The position numbers and the translations under genes are program-made. From the sequence record SRR22947725_152: 40,470 nucleotides of DNA. The stretch is one strand, 5' to 3'. Positions 19,727 to 29,519 of this stretch are shown here, in pieces. A model generated the notes under the pieces. It was not told where the DNA came from. It did not search any database and saw nothing but the letters and a program-made list of their open reading frames with translations. Position 1 is the stretch's first letter, and each line of letters starts with the position of its first letter.

Positions 19727-20905
19727 ATGAGTAAGAATTCCTGGAAAACTACAAGTTGGCGAATTGTCCTTCTTATAAGCTTTGTGCCTTTAGCTATATG
19801 TTTCATTTCACTCCCTTTCTGTCAGCGTCATGCCGATGTTTTTTATGGGGCCGACCTTCAAAATTATGAATCCATGGGCAAGGGCATGGATTATTGGATA
19901 GATAAAGGTATGGGCCGTCAATACTTTGCGACTGGCAGTGATCGTTTTAATGGAGAATGGCTCTTTGGGACATACCTCATGACAGCGATTGGTTATACAC
20001 AAATCGTTCTTCAATACCCCGAACTTCAAAGCATCTATATGCCCCAAATAGAAAAGTCGTTGTTAGAAATTCAGCAAGAAGCTATTTATAAATTTGATAG
20101 CGAAGCTTGGGGCGAAAGTCCATTCACACTTAAGCGCGGCGATCATGCGGCTTATTTGGGTTATTATAACTTAGCTTTGAGTCTCTACAGTCTCGTACCT
20201 GCTTCGGAAGGCAAAAATGAGAGCTTAATTGAGCTCAATCACAAAATCAGCGCCTATTTACAAAAGCGCTTAAAGTTATCACCACTGAAGCTTCTTCAAT
20301 CGTATCCGAAAGAGATTTACTCGGTAGATAATTGTGCGGTTATTGCTTCTATTGCGGTTTATCAGAAAGCACAAAATAAAGAGGGAAGCCTTTTTGTTAA
20401 AGAGTGGCTTCAGGTGTGTCGCGATTTATGCATGGATAAGGAGACCGGCACTTTAATTCAGGCACTTGATTGGCAGGACGCCTCTCTTTCAGAGTATCCA
20501 AGGGCTTCCGGAACCCTCTTGGGGGTTTATTTTTTGAGCTTTGCCGACTTTAATTTTGCCAAAGAACTTTATGAAAATGCCCAACAAGAATTCTTTTCTC
20601 CCATTCTTGGTTTTGGCGCCACTCGGGAGTACACCCATGAACAGCCTAAAGGTTTGGGAGATATCGATTCTGGGCCGCTTCTTTTCGGTTATGGTTTATC
20701 ACCGATGGGTTTTATGCTGGGTTGTGCGCGCATTTTTGAAGATGAACAGACATTTCGTGCTCTCTATGCGACATGTGTTCTTGGGGGGGCGCCGGTTGGC
20801 GGGGAAGGTCAGTTTAATTGGTCTACGGGAGGGCCAGTAGGAGATGGCCTGATGTTTGGGATGCTGACGAGTTTAAATAAAGGTGCCTGGGAGAGACTCA
20901 AATGA
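19727..20905 (+). CDS. Membrane-anchored linalool dehydratase/isomerase-like (alpha/alpha barrel) protein
   Basis: N-terminal TM; YLGYYNLAL, LQSYP..IYSVDN, PRASG, G.REY, GDIDSGP motifs recalled from this family. Confidence 0.6.
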   Translation: MSKNSWKTTSWRIVLLISFVPLAICFISLPFCQRHADVFYGADLQNYESMGKGMDYWIDKGMGRQYFATGSDRFNGEWLFGTYLMTAIGYTQIVLQYPELQSIYMPQIEKSLLEIQQEAIYKFDSEAWGESPFTLKRGDHAAYLGYYNLALSLYSLVPASEGKNESLIELNHKISAYLQKRLKLSPLKLLQSYPKEIYSVDNCAVIASIAVYQKAQNKEGSLFVKEWLQVCRDLCMDKETGTLIQALDWQDASLSEYPRASGTLLGVYFLSFADFNFAKELYENAQQEFFSPILGFGATREYTHEQPKGLGDIDSGPLLFGYGLSPMGFMLGCARIFEDEQTFRALYATCVLGGAPVGGEGQFNWSTGGPVGDGLMFGMLTSLNKGAWERLK

Positions 20906-21159
20906 AAAAATATTTTGAATTATCAGTCATCGCGTTCATCGTTTTCTTGGCGCTGTTATCGCCAAGCATCATGTTTGATAATCAAGCGGTTTTTGCCTTA
21001 TTATCTCCAGGAGAGCATACGCCAGTGGGGGCATTAGCTTTCTTTTTAATATTTCTAGTTGTGCGCTTATTCGTACTATTGATATTACCTGGATACTGCT
21101 TGTGGCGCATAGTAGAAATTATCACCCGCTTACAAAAAAGAAGGAAGCTCGTTGATTGA
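20902..21159 (+). CDS. Small two-TM membrane protein
   Basis: ATGA overlap with the upstream gene; two hydrophobic helices; basic C-terminus. Confidence 0.7.
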   Translation: MKKYFELSVIAFIVFLALLSPSIMFDNQAVFALLSPGEHTPVGALAFFLIFLVVRLFVLLILPGYCLWRIVEIITRLQKRRKLVD

Positions 21160-21777
21160 GTTGACTGTGGAGTCGCAATGAGTTGGAGCTGGGTACTTAT
21201 CGTTTTTAACCCAGACAGTTTTCATACCGAGCTTAGAGGCTGGGGTGATGTCATTTTCTGGGTGATCACCGATAAAGATGCACTCTTGAGGCTGAAATTG
21301 AAGATCGGCGAGGCAATTTTTGAAAATGCGCAAGTCAGGTTTTGGAATACCTTCTTCTTGGGAGATTTTGATCGTTTTAAAGAAAGGGCGAATACCAGTA
21401 CTGTTGATCTTTCGGTTCTGACAAAGAGTTTTACCGTTGGTGATCATTGCTAAAGTATATTCTTGTGCGACCGATTCGAGTGTCTTGTAAGCATTTTCGA
21501 AGAGCTGGGCATCGTGACCGTAGTGATTGAGGTAATCTTCGTAGAGATCTTTGGCAAAATTTATACCGATGCCATGAGTGGAACAAAAAAGACTGTAGGC
21601 CTCAAGCTTGTCAGTATAACCATTCTTTTGGGCTTCTAAGTTCTCTTGAATGTAGATGTGCATGGTTACCGAGAGTTGATCGCGAAACTTTTCAAATTGC
21701 TGGGCAAGGAAATTTTCCATAGTGGCCCTGCGATTGACGAGAGTCTCATCGAGATCAAAAATAATAGCTTTAATCAT
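21130..21777 (-). CDS. HAD-superfamily hydrolase (subfamily IA)
   Basis: IIFDLDETL, ITNG, KPD..IF, IGDH.ENDI. Confidence 0.92.
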   Translation of the reverse strand: MIKAIIFDLDETLVNRRATMENFLAQQFEKFRDQLSVTMHIYIQENLEAQKNGYTDKLEAYSLFCSTHGIGINFAKDLYEDYLNHYGHDAQLFENAYKTLESVAQEYTLAMITNGKTLCQNRKINSTGIRPFFKTIKISQEEGIPKPDLRIFKNCLADLQFQPQECIFIGDHPENDITPASKLGMKTVWVKNDKYPAPTHCDSTVNSINELPSFL

Positions 21778-21917
21778 AAGTATTGGCAGACCATAAAGCT
21801 GGTCTCTTGAGTTTCAGTTCATATAAATCACACAACTCCATAATAAATGACATCCGGGTCTTTTAAAGCCAACTCGCCATTTTGGTGTGTCATCAGCATA
21901 TTTTATAATTAAATCTG

Positions 21918-21972
21918 CAGTGAAATTTCAGCGCTATTTATGGTCAAAGGTACTAAGCGGCAAATTTCACTG
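21918..21972. repeat. Intergenic inverted repeat
   Basis: CAGTGAAATTT (21918-21928) and AAATTTCACTG (21962-21972), with an inner CGCT/AGCG pair. Confidence 0.7.
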
Positions 21973-22017
21973 AGTGCTCTCTCCCAAAGTATTAAGAATA
22001 AATTTATGCAAATCAGC

Positions 22018-22045
22018 TTTACTTTTGCTCTGTCTAAGGCATAAT
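22018..22045 (+). promoter_or_regulatory. Candidate sigma70 promoter of the SulP gene
   Basis: TTTACT-N16-CATAAT followed by GC-rich GCGGC. Confidence 0.4.
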
Positions 22046-22139
22046 GCGGCTTTTCTGAGCGGGGAGTCTATTTTGAAATTGTCTGTGATTCGACTCTTCC
22101 AACGCCACATTGCGCGAAATTTAATTATCAAGGAAATTC

Positions 22140-23936
22140 ATGTTTCAATTATTTACTAAAAAACCCAGAAATGTAAAGGACGATGTTCTCTCTGGATTAA
22201 CTGCGGTTCTGACGCTTATTCCAGAAGCAGTTGCCTTTACATTTGTTGCGGGTATAGATCCGATGATGGGTCTTTATGGTTCATTTTTTATAGGTTTTAT
22301 TACAGCGGCATTCGGTGGTCGTCCAGCAATGATTTCAGGTGCTGCAGGTTCTATGGCAGTGGTGACTACGGCTTTTATTATTATGTTTGGCTTAGAGTAT
22401 CTCTTAGCGGCGGTCATTTTAACGGGTATTTTACAGGTGCTTTTTGGCGCTTTCAAAATGGGCAAGTTTATTCGGCTTTTACCGCACCCCGTTATGCTGG
22501 GCTTTGTCAACGGTCTGGCGATTGTCATTGGTATGGCTCAATTTGGTCAGTTTAAAGAGAATACCCGTGTTGTTTACGATGATAAGCACGAGATTTTCAC
22601 TTATGCTGGTGATTGGATGGCTCTGACCAGCCCAGCAATGTTGACGATGATTGGTTTGATTGTTTTGACCATGGCGATTGTCCACTTTTTACCGAAATTA
22701 ACGAAGGCAATACCGGCGCCCTTGGCAGCCATCGCCGCCTGTACTTTATTGGTAACTTTTACTCCACTTGAATCTAAATTGGTGCGCGAAGTCGTTAAAG
22801 GTCAACGCCTATCGATGACCGAAAAAGAAATTATCACTGCCAAGTTTGACACGGTGAAAGATCTTACTCCTCATGGAAAGTTTACTGAAGTCGCTCATGC
22901 GACGGCAGCTGCTCGCCCGACAGATATCGAGATTCAGGTTCGCTGGGACGCCAAAGAAGCAGAGAAAATTGCTAAAGGTGAAAAAGAAAACGCCGATGTC
23001 TTAGATGGCAGTTTAAAAGGAACATTACCGAATTTCCACTTACCTGAAATTGCTTGGGACCTCAGTGATCCAGATGCTCGAAATGCATTGTTAACAGTTT
23101 TCATGTTGGCGCTTATTCTCTCCTCTGTAGGTTTGATTGAAACTCTTATGACCATGTCTTTAATCGACGAAATCACCGAAACCCGAGGCCAGGGTAATAG
23201 AGAGTCTGTGGCTCAAGGTGCTGGTAATATAGTCAGTGGTTTTTTCGGCGGTATGTGTGGTTGTGCGATGATCGGTCAGAGTATGATTTGTCTAAACTCT
23301 GGTGGCCGTGGTCGTATGTCAGGAGTTGCAACGGCAATCTTCATGCTTATTTTCATTTTATTTGCTCCAGGTCTGATTGAGATGATTCCAGTTGCGTCTC
23401 TTATTGGAGTGATGTTCATGGTAGTCATCGCGACATTTGAATGGTCTTCTTTGCGTTTATTTGGTCGCATACCTAAGTCTGAGATCCTAATTATTATTAT
23501 AGTTTCAGCGATTACAGTTTTATTGGACCTCGCCGTTGCTGTTGGTATTGGTATTATTATTTCAGCGTTGATTTACGCTTGGAATTCAGCGAAAGAGATC
23601 CGCGTTAAAGTGACAGAAGATACTAAAGACGTTAAGACTTATAATATCGCTGGAAATGTATTTTTTGGTTCAATTACATCTTTTAAAGAAAAGTTTGATC
23701 CTTCCAATGACCCTAAAGATGTTTATATCGATTTTGCCGATTCTAAAGTGTGTGATCACTCGGGCATTGAAGCTGTTCATGGTTTGAGTGAACGCTATAA
23801 AGCGGCAGGTAAAGTTCTTCACTTACGTCACTTGAGCGCGGAGTGTGCCATGCTTCTTAAGAAGGCAGGAGGCATCGTTGAGGTGAATATCCTTGAAGAT
23901 CCTAAGTACCATGTTGCGGACGACGCTCTAGCGTAA
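22140..23936 (+). CDS. SulP/SLC26 family inorganic anion transporter with STAS domain
   Basis: IPEAVAF, GGRPAMISGAAG, GFVNGLAIVI, GNRESVAQG.GN, GGMCGCAMIGQS, STAS FFGS...DHSGIEA. Confidence 0.93.
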   Translation: MFQLFTKKPRNVKDDVLSGLTAVLTLIPEAVAFTFVAGIDPMMGLYGSFFIGFITAAFGGRPAMISGAAGSMAVVTTAFIIMFGLEYLLAAVILTGILQVLFGAFKMGKFIRLLPHPVMLGFVNGLAIVIGMAQFGQFKENTRVVYDDKHEIFTYAGDWMALTSPAMLTMIGLIVLTMAIVHFLPKLTKAIPAPLAAIAACTLLVTFTPLESKLVREVVKGQRLSMTEKEIITAKFDTVKDLTPHGKFTEVAHATAAARPTDIEIQVRWDAKEAEKIAKGEKENADVLDGSLKGTLPNFHLPEIAWDLSDPDARNALLTVFMLALILSSVGLIETLMTMSLIDEITETRGQGNRESVAQGAGNIVSGFFGGMCGCAMIGQSMICLNSGGRGRMSGVATAIFMLIFILFAPGLIEMIPVASLIGVMFMVVIATFEWSSLRLFGRIPKSEILIIIIVSAITVLLDLAVAVGIGIIISALIYAWNSAKEIRVKVTEDTKDVKTYNIAGNVFFGSITSFKEKFDPSNDPKDVYIDFADSKVCDHSGIEAVHGLSERYKAAGKVLHLRHLSAECAMLLKKAGGIVEVNILEDPKYHVADDALA

Positions 23937-23978
23937 AGAAAATAATTTCATTTTAGTGGGGTGGATCCACTAATACCG

Positions 23979-24010
23979 GCCTGACAGGTTTTTACTTGTC
24001 AGGCTTTTTT
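23979..24010 (+). terminator. Intrinsic terminator between convergent SulP and RimK genes
   Basis: GCCTGACAGG pairs with CTTGTCAGGC, then TTTTTT. Confidence 0.8.
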
Positions 24011-24033
24011 ATTTAAAAGGACTTTGGAGCCGT

Positions 24034-25431
24034 TTAAATAGGACAGCTTTCTTTTTTCCACCCAAGTTTGGCCTCGATAGACTGGATGATCATGCCTGCG
24101 ATGTTTTTACCTGTTGCGGATTCGATCCCTTCCAGGCCGGGAGAAGAGTTGACTTCCAAGAGCAATGGCCCTTTTTCAGAACGGATGATATCGACACCAG
24201 CCACTTTAAGTCCGAGAACTTTTGCTGCCTTTACGGCCAGTTTTCTTTCTTCCGGGGTAATTTTAACTATGGATGCAGTGCCGCCTTTGTGCATATTAGC
24301 GCGGAATTCACCTGGGGCAGCAGTCCTTTCAATAGAGGCAACCACTTTACCGTTGATCACAAAGCAGCGCAGATCTTTACCTCTTGCCTCTTTGATAAAT
24401 TCTTGAACTAGCAGATTGGCTTTAAGGGATTTAAATGCGTTAATTACACTTTCTGCGGCTTTCTTGGTTTCGGCAAGAACGACACCTTGTCCTTGAGTCC
24501 CCTCGAGAAGTTTGACGATGAGTGGAGCGCCTCCAACCATTTCAATAAGATCGTTGGTATCCATCGGCGAGTTGGCAAAGCCGGTAGTTGGAATGCTTAT
24601 ACCGCTCTTTAACATGAGTTGTAAAGAAAAGAGTTTATCGCGGGATTGAGTGATCGCTTCAGATGAATTGGTGGTGTAGATACCCATGCTTTCAAATTGT
24701 CTTGCGAGAGCACATCCGTAGAAAGTCATACTAGGACGAATACGGGTGATGACGGCATCCAGATTATTGAGTATTTTACCGCCGCGGTAGTGGATTTCCG
24801 GGGTCTCGTCATCAACCTTCATATAACAGTGCTTCATATTGAAGAATTCCATGCGGTGTCCCATTTCCTCGCCAGTTTCCATGATGCGCTGGTTACTGTA
24901 AAGCTCTGGGTTGCTGGCCAACAGGCCAATTCGCAGGCCATTATTTTTTGATGATTTTGGTTTCCCATAAAATTCGTCTAGCTGATTTTTTTCGACTTCA
25001 CCAAAACAAAAGCTTAGGGAAGGGTCTACGAGTAATTTGCCGTTCATGGCTTCACGACCAAGCAGCATGCGGTAGCCCATGCTGTCGCGATTGGTCAGGG
25101 TTAGTTCGACGTCCCAAGCTTCAGAGGCAAATTTCAAAGTGGATTTAATGGTATAACGCATTTCAGAGCTACCACTTGAGTTTTTTACTTTGCGTTTGCC
25201 GATGACTTGATGTTCACAGCGAATAACTGTTTTGCGGTTATTTAACAGAGGGTGAACTTCAAAACTTACCCAGAGTTCGCCATCTCGCCTGAAAGTTTTT
25301 ATGTTAACTGCGTGAATTGAAGAGGTTTTGGCTCCCGAGTCGATTCTCGCTTTGATCGCGGGAATACCCATGGCGGGAAAAGACAGCCATTCTTCACTGC
25401 CTACGATATGTTTGTCATCAAATTTTTTCAT
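24034..25431 (-). CDS. rimK: Fusion of retropepsin-like protease (RimB-like) and RimK ATP-grasp glutamate ligase
   Basis: N-terminal [11 protein letters not shown]...[17 protein letters not shown]-terminal [48 protein letters not shown]. Confidence 0.92.
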   Translation of the reverse strand: MKKFDDKHIVGSEEWLSFPAMGIPAIKARIDSGAKTSSIHAVNIKTFRRDGELWVSFEVHPLLNNRKTVIRCEHQVIGKRKVKNSSGSSEMRYTIKSTLKFASEAWDVELTLTNRDSMGYRMLLGREAMNGKLLVDPSLSFCFGEVEKNQLDEFYGKPKSSKNNGLRIGLLASNPELYSNQRIMETGEEMGHRMEFFNMKHCYMKVDDETPEIHYRGGKILNNLDAVITRIRPSMTFYGCALARQFESMGIYTTNSSEAITQSRDKLFSLQLMLKSGISIPTTGFANSPMDTNDLIEMVGGAPLIVKLLEGTQGQGVVLAETKKAAESVINAFKSLKANLLVQEFIKEARGKDLRCFVINGKVVASIERTAAPGEFRANMHKGGTASIVKITPEERKLAVKAAKVLGLKVAGVDIIRSEKGPLLLEVNSSPGLEGIESATGKNIAGMIIQSIEAKLGWKKESCPI

Positions 25432-25527
25432 TAACTTTCACCTTTAAATTTTGGTGGCGAAAATCTACAAGAAATTATTTTTTTTTAAAGAATGGATTAT
25501 TTAAAAAGTGATTAAAGTTAGGGGCAG

Positions 25528-25563
25528 AAAAGCTCTTCTTCAAAATAGCTTTGAAGGAGAGTT
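25528..25563 (-). terminator. Intrinsic terminator of the esterase gene
   Basis: CTCTTCTTCAAA pairs with TTTGAAGGAGAG; the A-run on the left gives a T-tract on the minus strand. Confidence 0.65.
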
Positions 25564-25581
25564 AATGTTTTCAAGAATTAT

Positions 25582-26865
25582 TTATTTTATAATTCGATCT
25601 AACTCTTCTTGGGCGCGTTTAGCAGCGAAACTGTCTGGGCAAGTGTCGATCACTTTTTTGAGAGCCGCTTTTACCTTGTCATTGGTGTTGCCGCCTTTTA
25701 TGGCCTTTTCGATTTTAAGGAAGTAGGCCATGGCTTTTATTTCGAGAACGACCTGTTTATCTTTTTTGTGTTTTTTACTTAGGTCATAGGCATCCTTAGT
25801 GAGTTCTTTGCCGTATTTTTTGACCATGTCGTCGAAAGTATTTAAGCACAAGACAAAGTCTCTTTCAGCTTCGGCATTTTTAGCCATGTCATATAGGCCT
25901 TCAATTTCGTTTATATAGCGTTCATACTTTGTTTTGGCTTCTTCACTACCATATGATGCAGCTTTGGCAAAACCTTTTATGGCGTCGGCATACTGTTTAT
26001 TTTTTTCGGCTTTCAGGGCGGAACTCAAAGCTTCTTTTAAGCGTAGTTCTTTGGGTGTATCGAGGTATTGGATGGCCTTGTCATAGGCATCGGCATCGGG
26101 AGTGCTGTGACCCAGTCCATTAATCACCATGAGCGTAGAGTTTTTAAAGCCATTATCTTTATAGTGATTATAAACGCCTTTAGTATCGTTAAGGTTAAAG
26201 TCTTTGGTGCCCGTCAGGTGAACGTAGTAATTTTTTGAAGCCTCTTTTATAACACTCGGCTTGATACCAGAAAACCAGCGATTGCAACCACAGAGGTAAA
26301 TGGCACCTTTGTAGATATCGGGTCTAGCGGTAATTAAGAGACTTGAAACGCGGCCGCCACCGGACATGCCGGAGAGAAAGACTCTATCTTCGTCGATGTT
26401 GTATCTTTCTTTGAGCATAGCGACGCCTTTAATGGACATGACCTGGCGCCAGTAGTTGTAGTAAGGTTCTTTGGGTTTTGACCCAGAGACAAAGTTACCT
26501 GCTTTGTTGGCTCCAACCCAGATGAGATTATGTTTACTCATGAGTTCTTGCCATTTTTTGGGGAGTTTACCCCCGTCACCGGCATTTATATAGGAGAGAA
26601 TTCCAGCTGGCTTACTGGGATCGTAGGTGTCAGGTACATAGACTTCCCAGGAAGCGGCAGCTCCTTTATTTTGATGGGTTATATAACCGTCTTTATCAGG
26701 TTTCGGTGTAAAGTAGTCAAGTGTACCGATTTCCCTTTCAAAGAATTCCGCCTTTATGCCGGGGGCATCGATGCGGTACTTGCCTTTTTTATGCTGCTCG
26801 ATATCTTCACTTGCGTTGATTTGGACAGAGGTCAGTAGAATGGTAAATATAATGAATAATTTCAT
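25582..26865 (-). CDS. Secreted alpha/beta-hydrolase (esterase-like) with C-terminal helical domain
   Basis: Signal peptide, VYVP..YD, IDEDRVFLSGMSGGG nucleophile elbow, GTKD Asp, GLGH His; SD GGGAG. Confidence 0.8.
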   Translation of the reverse strand: MKLFIIFTILLTSVQINASEDIEQHKKGKYRIDAPGIKAEFFEREIGTLDYFTPKPDKDGYITHQNKGAAASWEVYVPDTYDPSKPAGILSYINAGDGGKLPKKWQELMSKHNLIWVGANKAGNFVSGSKPKEPYYNYWRQVMSIKGVAMLKERYNIDEDRVFLSGMSGGGRVSSLLITARPDIYKGAIYLCGCNRWFSGIKPSVIKEASKNYYVHLTGTKDFNLNDTKGVYNHYKDNGFKNSTLMVINGLGHSTPDADAYDKAIQYLDTPKELRLKEALSSALKAEKNKQYADAIKGFAKAASYGSEEAKTKYERYINEIEGLYDMAKNAEAERDFVLCLNTFDDMVKKYGKELTKDAYDLSKKHKKDKQVVLEIKAMAYFLKIEKAIKGGNTNDKVKAALKKVIDTCPDSFAAKRAQEELDRIIK

Positions 26866-26923
26866 GAAAGTCTCCCTTTTGTAATTTGATCAATAATGGG
26901 CTGCCTCCCCAGGCAACGGCCTG

Positions 26924-26952
26924 ACACTACAACGCCATTTTATCTTCGTCAA
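26924..26952 (-). promoter_or_regulatory. Candidate sigma70 promoter of the esterase gene
   Basis: TTGACG-N17-TAGTGT on the minus strand. Confidence 0.5.
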
Positions 26953-27044
26953 ATCTACTTAGATAACAGAACATTAGTGCAAAGACTTTTGACGAATGGC
27001 GAGGAAGCAGTATATATAAGGCGGAAATTTCTAATACAGGTAAG

Positions 27045-28088
27045 ATGATGAGCAGAATTACATTCGAAGAAGGTGTCGAACTTTATAAAAGCGCCGATCT
27101 TTTTGATCTCCAGAAGATGGCTATTGCCGTGCGTAACGAAAAGAATCCTGCAACTGAGGTTACTTACGTTATCGATACCAACCCGAATTATACTAATGCC
27201 TGCGAAGCGGATTGTCTCTTTTGCGCTTTTTACCGCAAACCAGGAGATAGCGAAGTTTATGTCAAGACTCTTGAAGAAGTCCGCCAATTCATGGCAGATG
27301 CGAAAGCTTTAAATGCAACGACTGTGCTATTACAGGGAGGTCTTCATCCGGATCTGCCGTTAAGTTATTACACAGATATTATCAGTATGACCAAAGAAGA
27401 ATTTCCAGAGATCGTTCCTCACTTTTTCTCAGCTCCTGAAATTCAAAATATCGCCGAAGTTTGTGGTATGACGGATAAAGAAGTTTTACAGGCTTTTTAC
27501 GATGCCGGGCAGCGCTCTTTACCAGGTGGTGGAGCCGAAGTTTTAACTCAGCGTGTACGCAATAGAATTTCTCCTAAGAAGCAAAAAGTTGCTAAGTGGT
27601 TATCGATTCACGAAGAAGCTCATGAAGTCGGTATGCGTTCGACAGCGACGATGATGTATGGCCACAGAGAAGAGGCTGAAGATGTCATTCAGCACTTTGA
27701 AGAAATTCGTCAAATTCAGGATCGCACTGGTGGCTTTACCGCTTTTGTCCCATGGTCTTATAAAAAAGACAATACTTTACTAGGTAAAAAAGTTACCCGC
27801 GAAACAACAGGCACTGACTACTTTCGTATGTTAGCGATGTCGCGCATTTATTTAGATAACTTTGATCACATTCAGGCGTCGTGGTTTTCAGAAGGTAAAG
27901 ATGACGGAATTAAGTCTTTGTCCTATGGAGCCGATGATTTTGGCGGCACCTTATTTGAAGAAAATGTTCACGCTGAAACTGGTCACATCAATAAGACTTC
28001 CGTTGAAGGCGTTAAACAGATGATCAACGAAGGTGGTTTTACACCGATTCAACGCGATACCTTCTACGAAAGAGTGGTTAAAGCTTAA
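27045..28088 (+). CDS. mqnC: Cyclic dehypoxanthinyl futalosine synthase (radical SAM, CofH/MqnC family)
   Basis: NPNYTNACEADCLFCAFYR (CxxxCxxC), LLQGGLHP, SLPGGGAE, STATMMYG, GGFTAF.PW, HIQASW, GADDFGGTLFEENV. Confidence 0.85.
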   Translation: MMSRITFEEGVELYKSADLFDLQKMAIAVRNEKNPATEVTYVIDTNPNYTNACEADCLFCAFYRKPGDSEVYVKTLEEVRQFMADAKALNATTVLLQGGLHPDLPLSYYTDIISMTKEEFPEIVPHFFSAPEIQNIAEVCGMTDKEVLQAFYDAGQRSLPGGGAEVLTQRVRNRISPKKQKVAKWLSIHEEAHEVGMRSTATMMYGHREEAEDVIQHFEEIRQIQDRTGGFTAFVPWSYKKDNTLLGKKVTRETTGTDYFRMLAMSRIYLDNFDHIQASWFSEGKDDGIKSLSYGADDFGGTLFEENVHAETGHINKTSVEGVKQMINEGGFTPIQRDTFYERVVKA

Positions 28089-28136
28089 TTTTTAAAGTGA
28101 TGGCCAGTTTCATCGGTATTTTAATTGTTGTGAAAT

Positions 28137-29519
28137 TTACCTTATTTCGATCACTGGTTGAGAGAAAAGAGTGTTGGTATTATTGACTGCAAAGCCGATA
28201 TAGTTAAGGCTCTTAATGTTTTGAGTTAAAGTTTGTTTTATGCTAAAATTGTTTATGGTAAACTCCGCGGTTCTTGTATCCATATTTACTGTTAATTGAC
28301 AATTTAATTCCCCCTTTAAATTAAAGCCTGATTTAACGGCATTTATACGTTTTTGGACATTTTCAAAAATGGTAATATGTCTAGAAGAAATCCAAGATCC
28401 GGCCAGTAAAGAAGGTTCGCCTTTTTGTTCTTGACTCAAGATTAAAAAGCCATTTTTTGTTGGGTTTTGTTGATTAAAAGGCTTCATCTTCCAGTGGATT
28501 GAGATTTCACCTGAGGTCATGCTTTTGTCTAGCTTTTTCAGGCTATAGACAAGTCCTTTATTTTGCATATTAGCTACTTTGTAGCCGTAGGCATTGTTTT
28601 CAATTACGGCAGTACCGGCATAACGATTCACAGTACTTGTAGATAGGCTGGCTTTTGCAACAGGAGTGTTATTATTTTTAATGATAGATGAACTGTAAGA
28701 TTTTATCGGGTAAAGTGAGACAGGCTTTTTATTCGGCATCTGAAAATATAGCCTTTTTTGAGTCAGTTTGAAGATGATGGTCATCTTGCGTCTCGAGTCG
28801 TAAATGTGAATTTCACCTTTACTTCTTTGCTTTTCTGCGAAGGTGTATTTCAACTTGCCTTGTTTATCGATTTCCCGCCATTTCTTATCAGCTCCTCTTT
28901 CAAAAGTAATGCCTCTGCCGGTATCGATGAATATGGCGTTGAGTCCACTTATAGCCGGTGGCGCTTTGATTGGCGGAATAGTTCTTTCTTTGACTGGCGG
29001 CTTGCTTTGTACTTGAGCATGATTTTGGCTTAGGCTTTTTACATAACTTCTAATGGCCAGGGCATCGGTTATTTTGTTTTCTTTGGTTAAAGAGATGATT
29101 TTTTTATTGAGTGCTTTGATCAAACTTTGCTGAAGTTCATTTACACTTTTTTGGTAAGATGCCATTAATTTTTTGTTGTTGCTTTTTAACTTCTGGAGCA
29201 CAACTTGAGCGTCACTATATGCGGGGAGGCTTTTATTGAGCAATGTGAGTTCTTGGAGCTTAATTTCATCGAGAAGTTTTCTGATGGCGAGGTAGGCTTT
29301 GAGCTGACCTTGTTTTTGATAAGCATTTTGAACTTTTTGCAGATTTTGGATAGCGTTTTCACACAGTTTAAATTGTAATTGCTCTAAAGTGATTTGCTTG
29401 TTTTTAATTTGCTCTTGGTATTTCTCTTTATAGAGATTTAAGACTTGGCTTTCGGCGCCTGTGACTAGGTAAGTCGAGAAAACCAGTAATAGACTAAGAA
29501 TTATTTTTATGTTCATCAT
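28137..29519 (-). CDS. Secreted multidomain hypothetical protein
   Basis: Signal peptide; helical region with a repeated motif (QKQGQLKAYLAIR / TKENKITDALAIR), Pro-rich linker, two beta-rich domains. Confidence 0.75.
   Translation of the reverse strand: MMNIKIILSLLLVFSTYLVTGAESQVLNLYKEKYQEQIKNKQITLEQLQFKLCENAIQNLQKVQNAYQKQGQLKAYLAIRKLLDEIKLQELTLLNKSLPAYSDAQVVLQKLKSNNKKLMASYQKSVNELQQSLIKALNKKIISLTKENKITDALAIRSYVKSLSQNHAQVQSKPPVKERTIPPIKAPPAISGLNAIFIDTGRGITFERGADKKWREIDKQGKLKYTFAEKQRSKGEIHIYDSRRKMTIIFKLTQKRLYFQMPNKKPVSLYPIKSYSSSIIKNNNTPVAKASLSTSTVNRYAGTAVIENNAYGYKVANMQNKGLVYSLKKLDKSMTSGEISIHWKMKPFNQQNPTKNGFLILSQEQKGEPSLLAGSWISSRHITIFENVQKRINAVKSGFNLKGELNCQLTVNMDTRTAEFTINNFSIKQTLTQNIKSLNYIGFAVNNTNTLFSQPVIEIR

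Noticed and set aside
21828-21899. Minus-strand mini-ORF MLMTHQNGELALKDPDVIYYGVV as a glyoxalase/VOC remnant
   Set aside because: Only a short KDPD resemblance; too little to support.
21974-22159. 61-aa ORF as a leader peptide of the SulP gene
   Set aside because: No SD, and it spans the likely promoter.
27045-28088. cofH (F420 synthesis) or mqnE assignment
   Set aside because: STATMMYG, HIQASW and GADDFGGT..EENV fit MqnC better; an HMM comparison would settle it.
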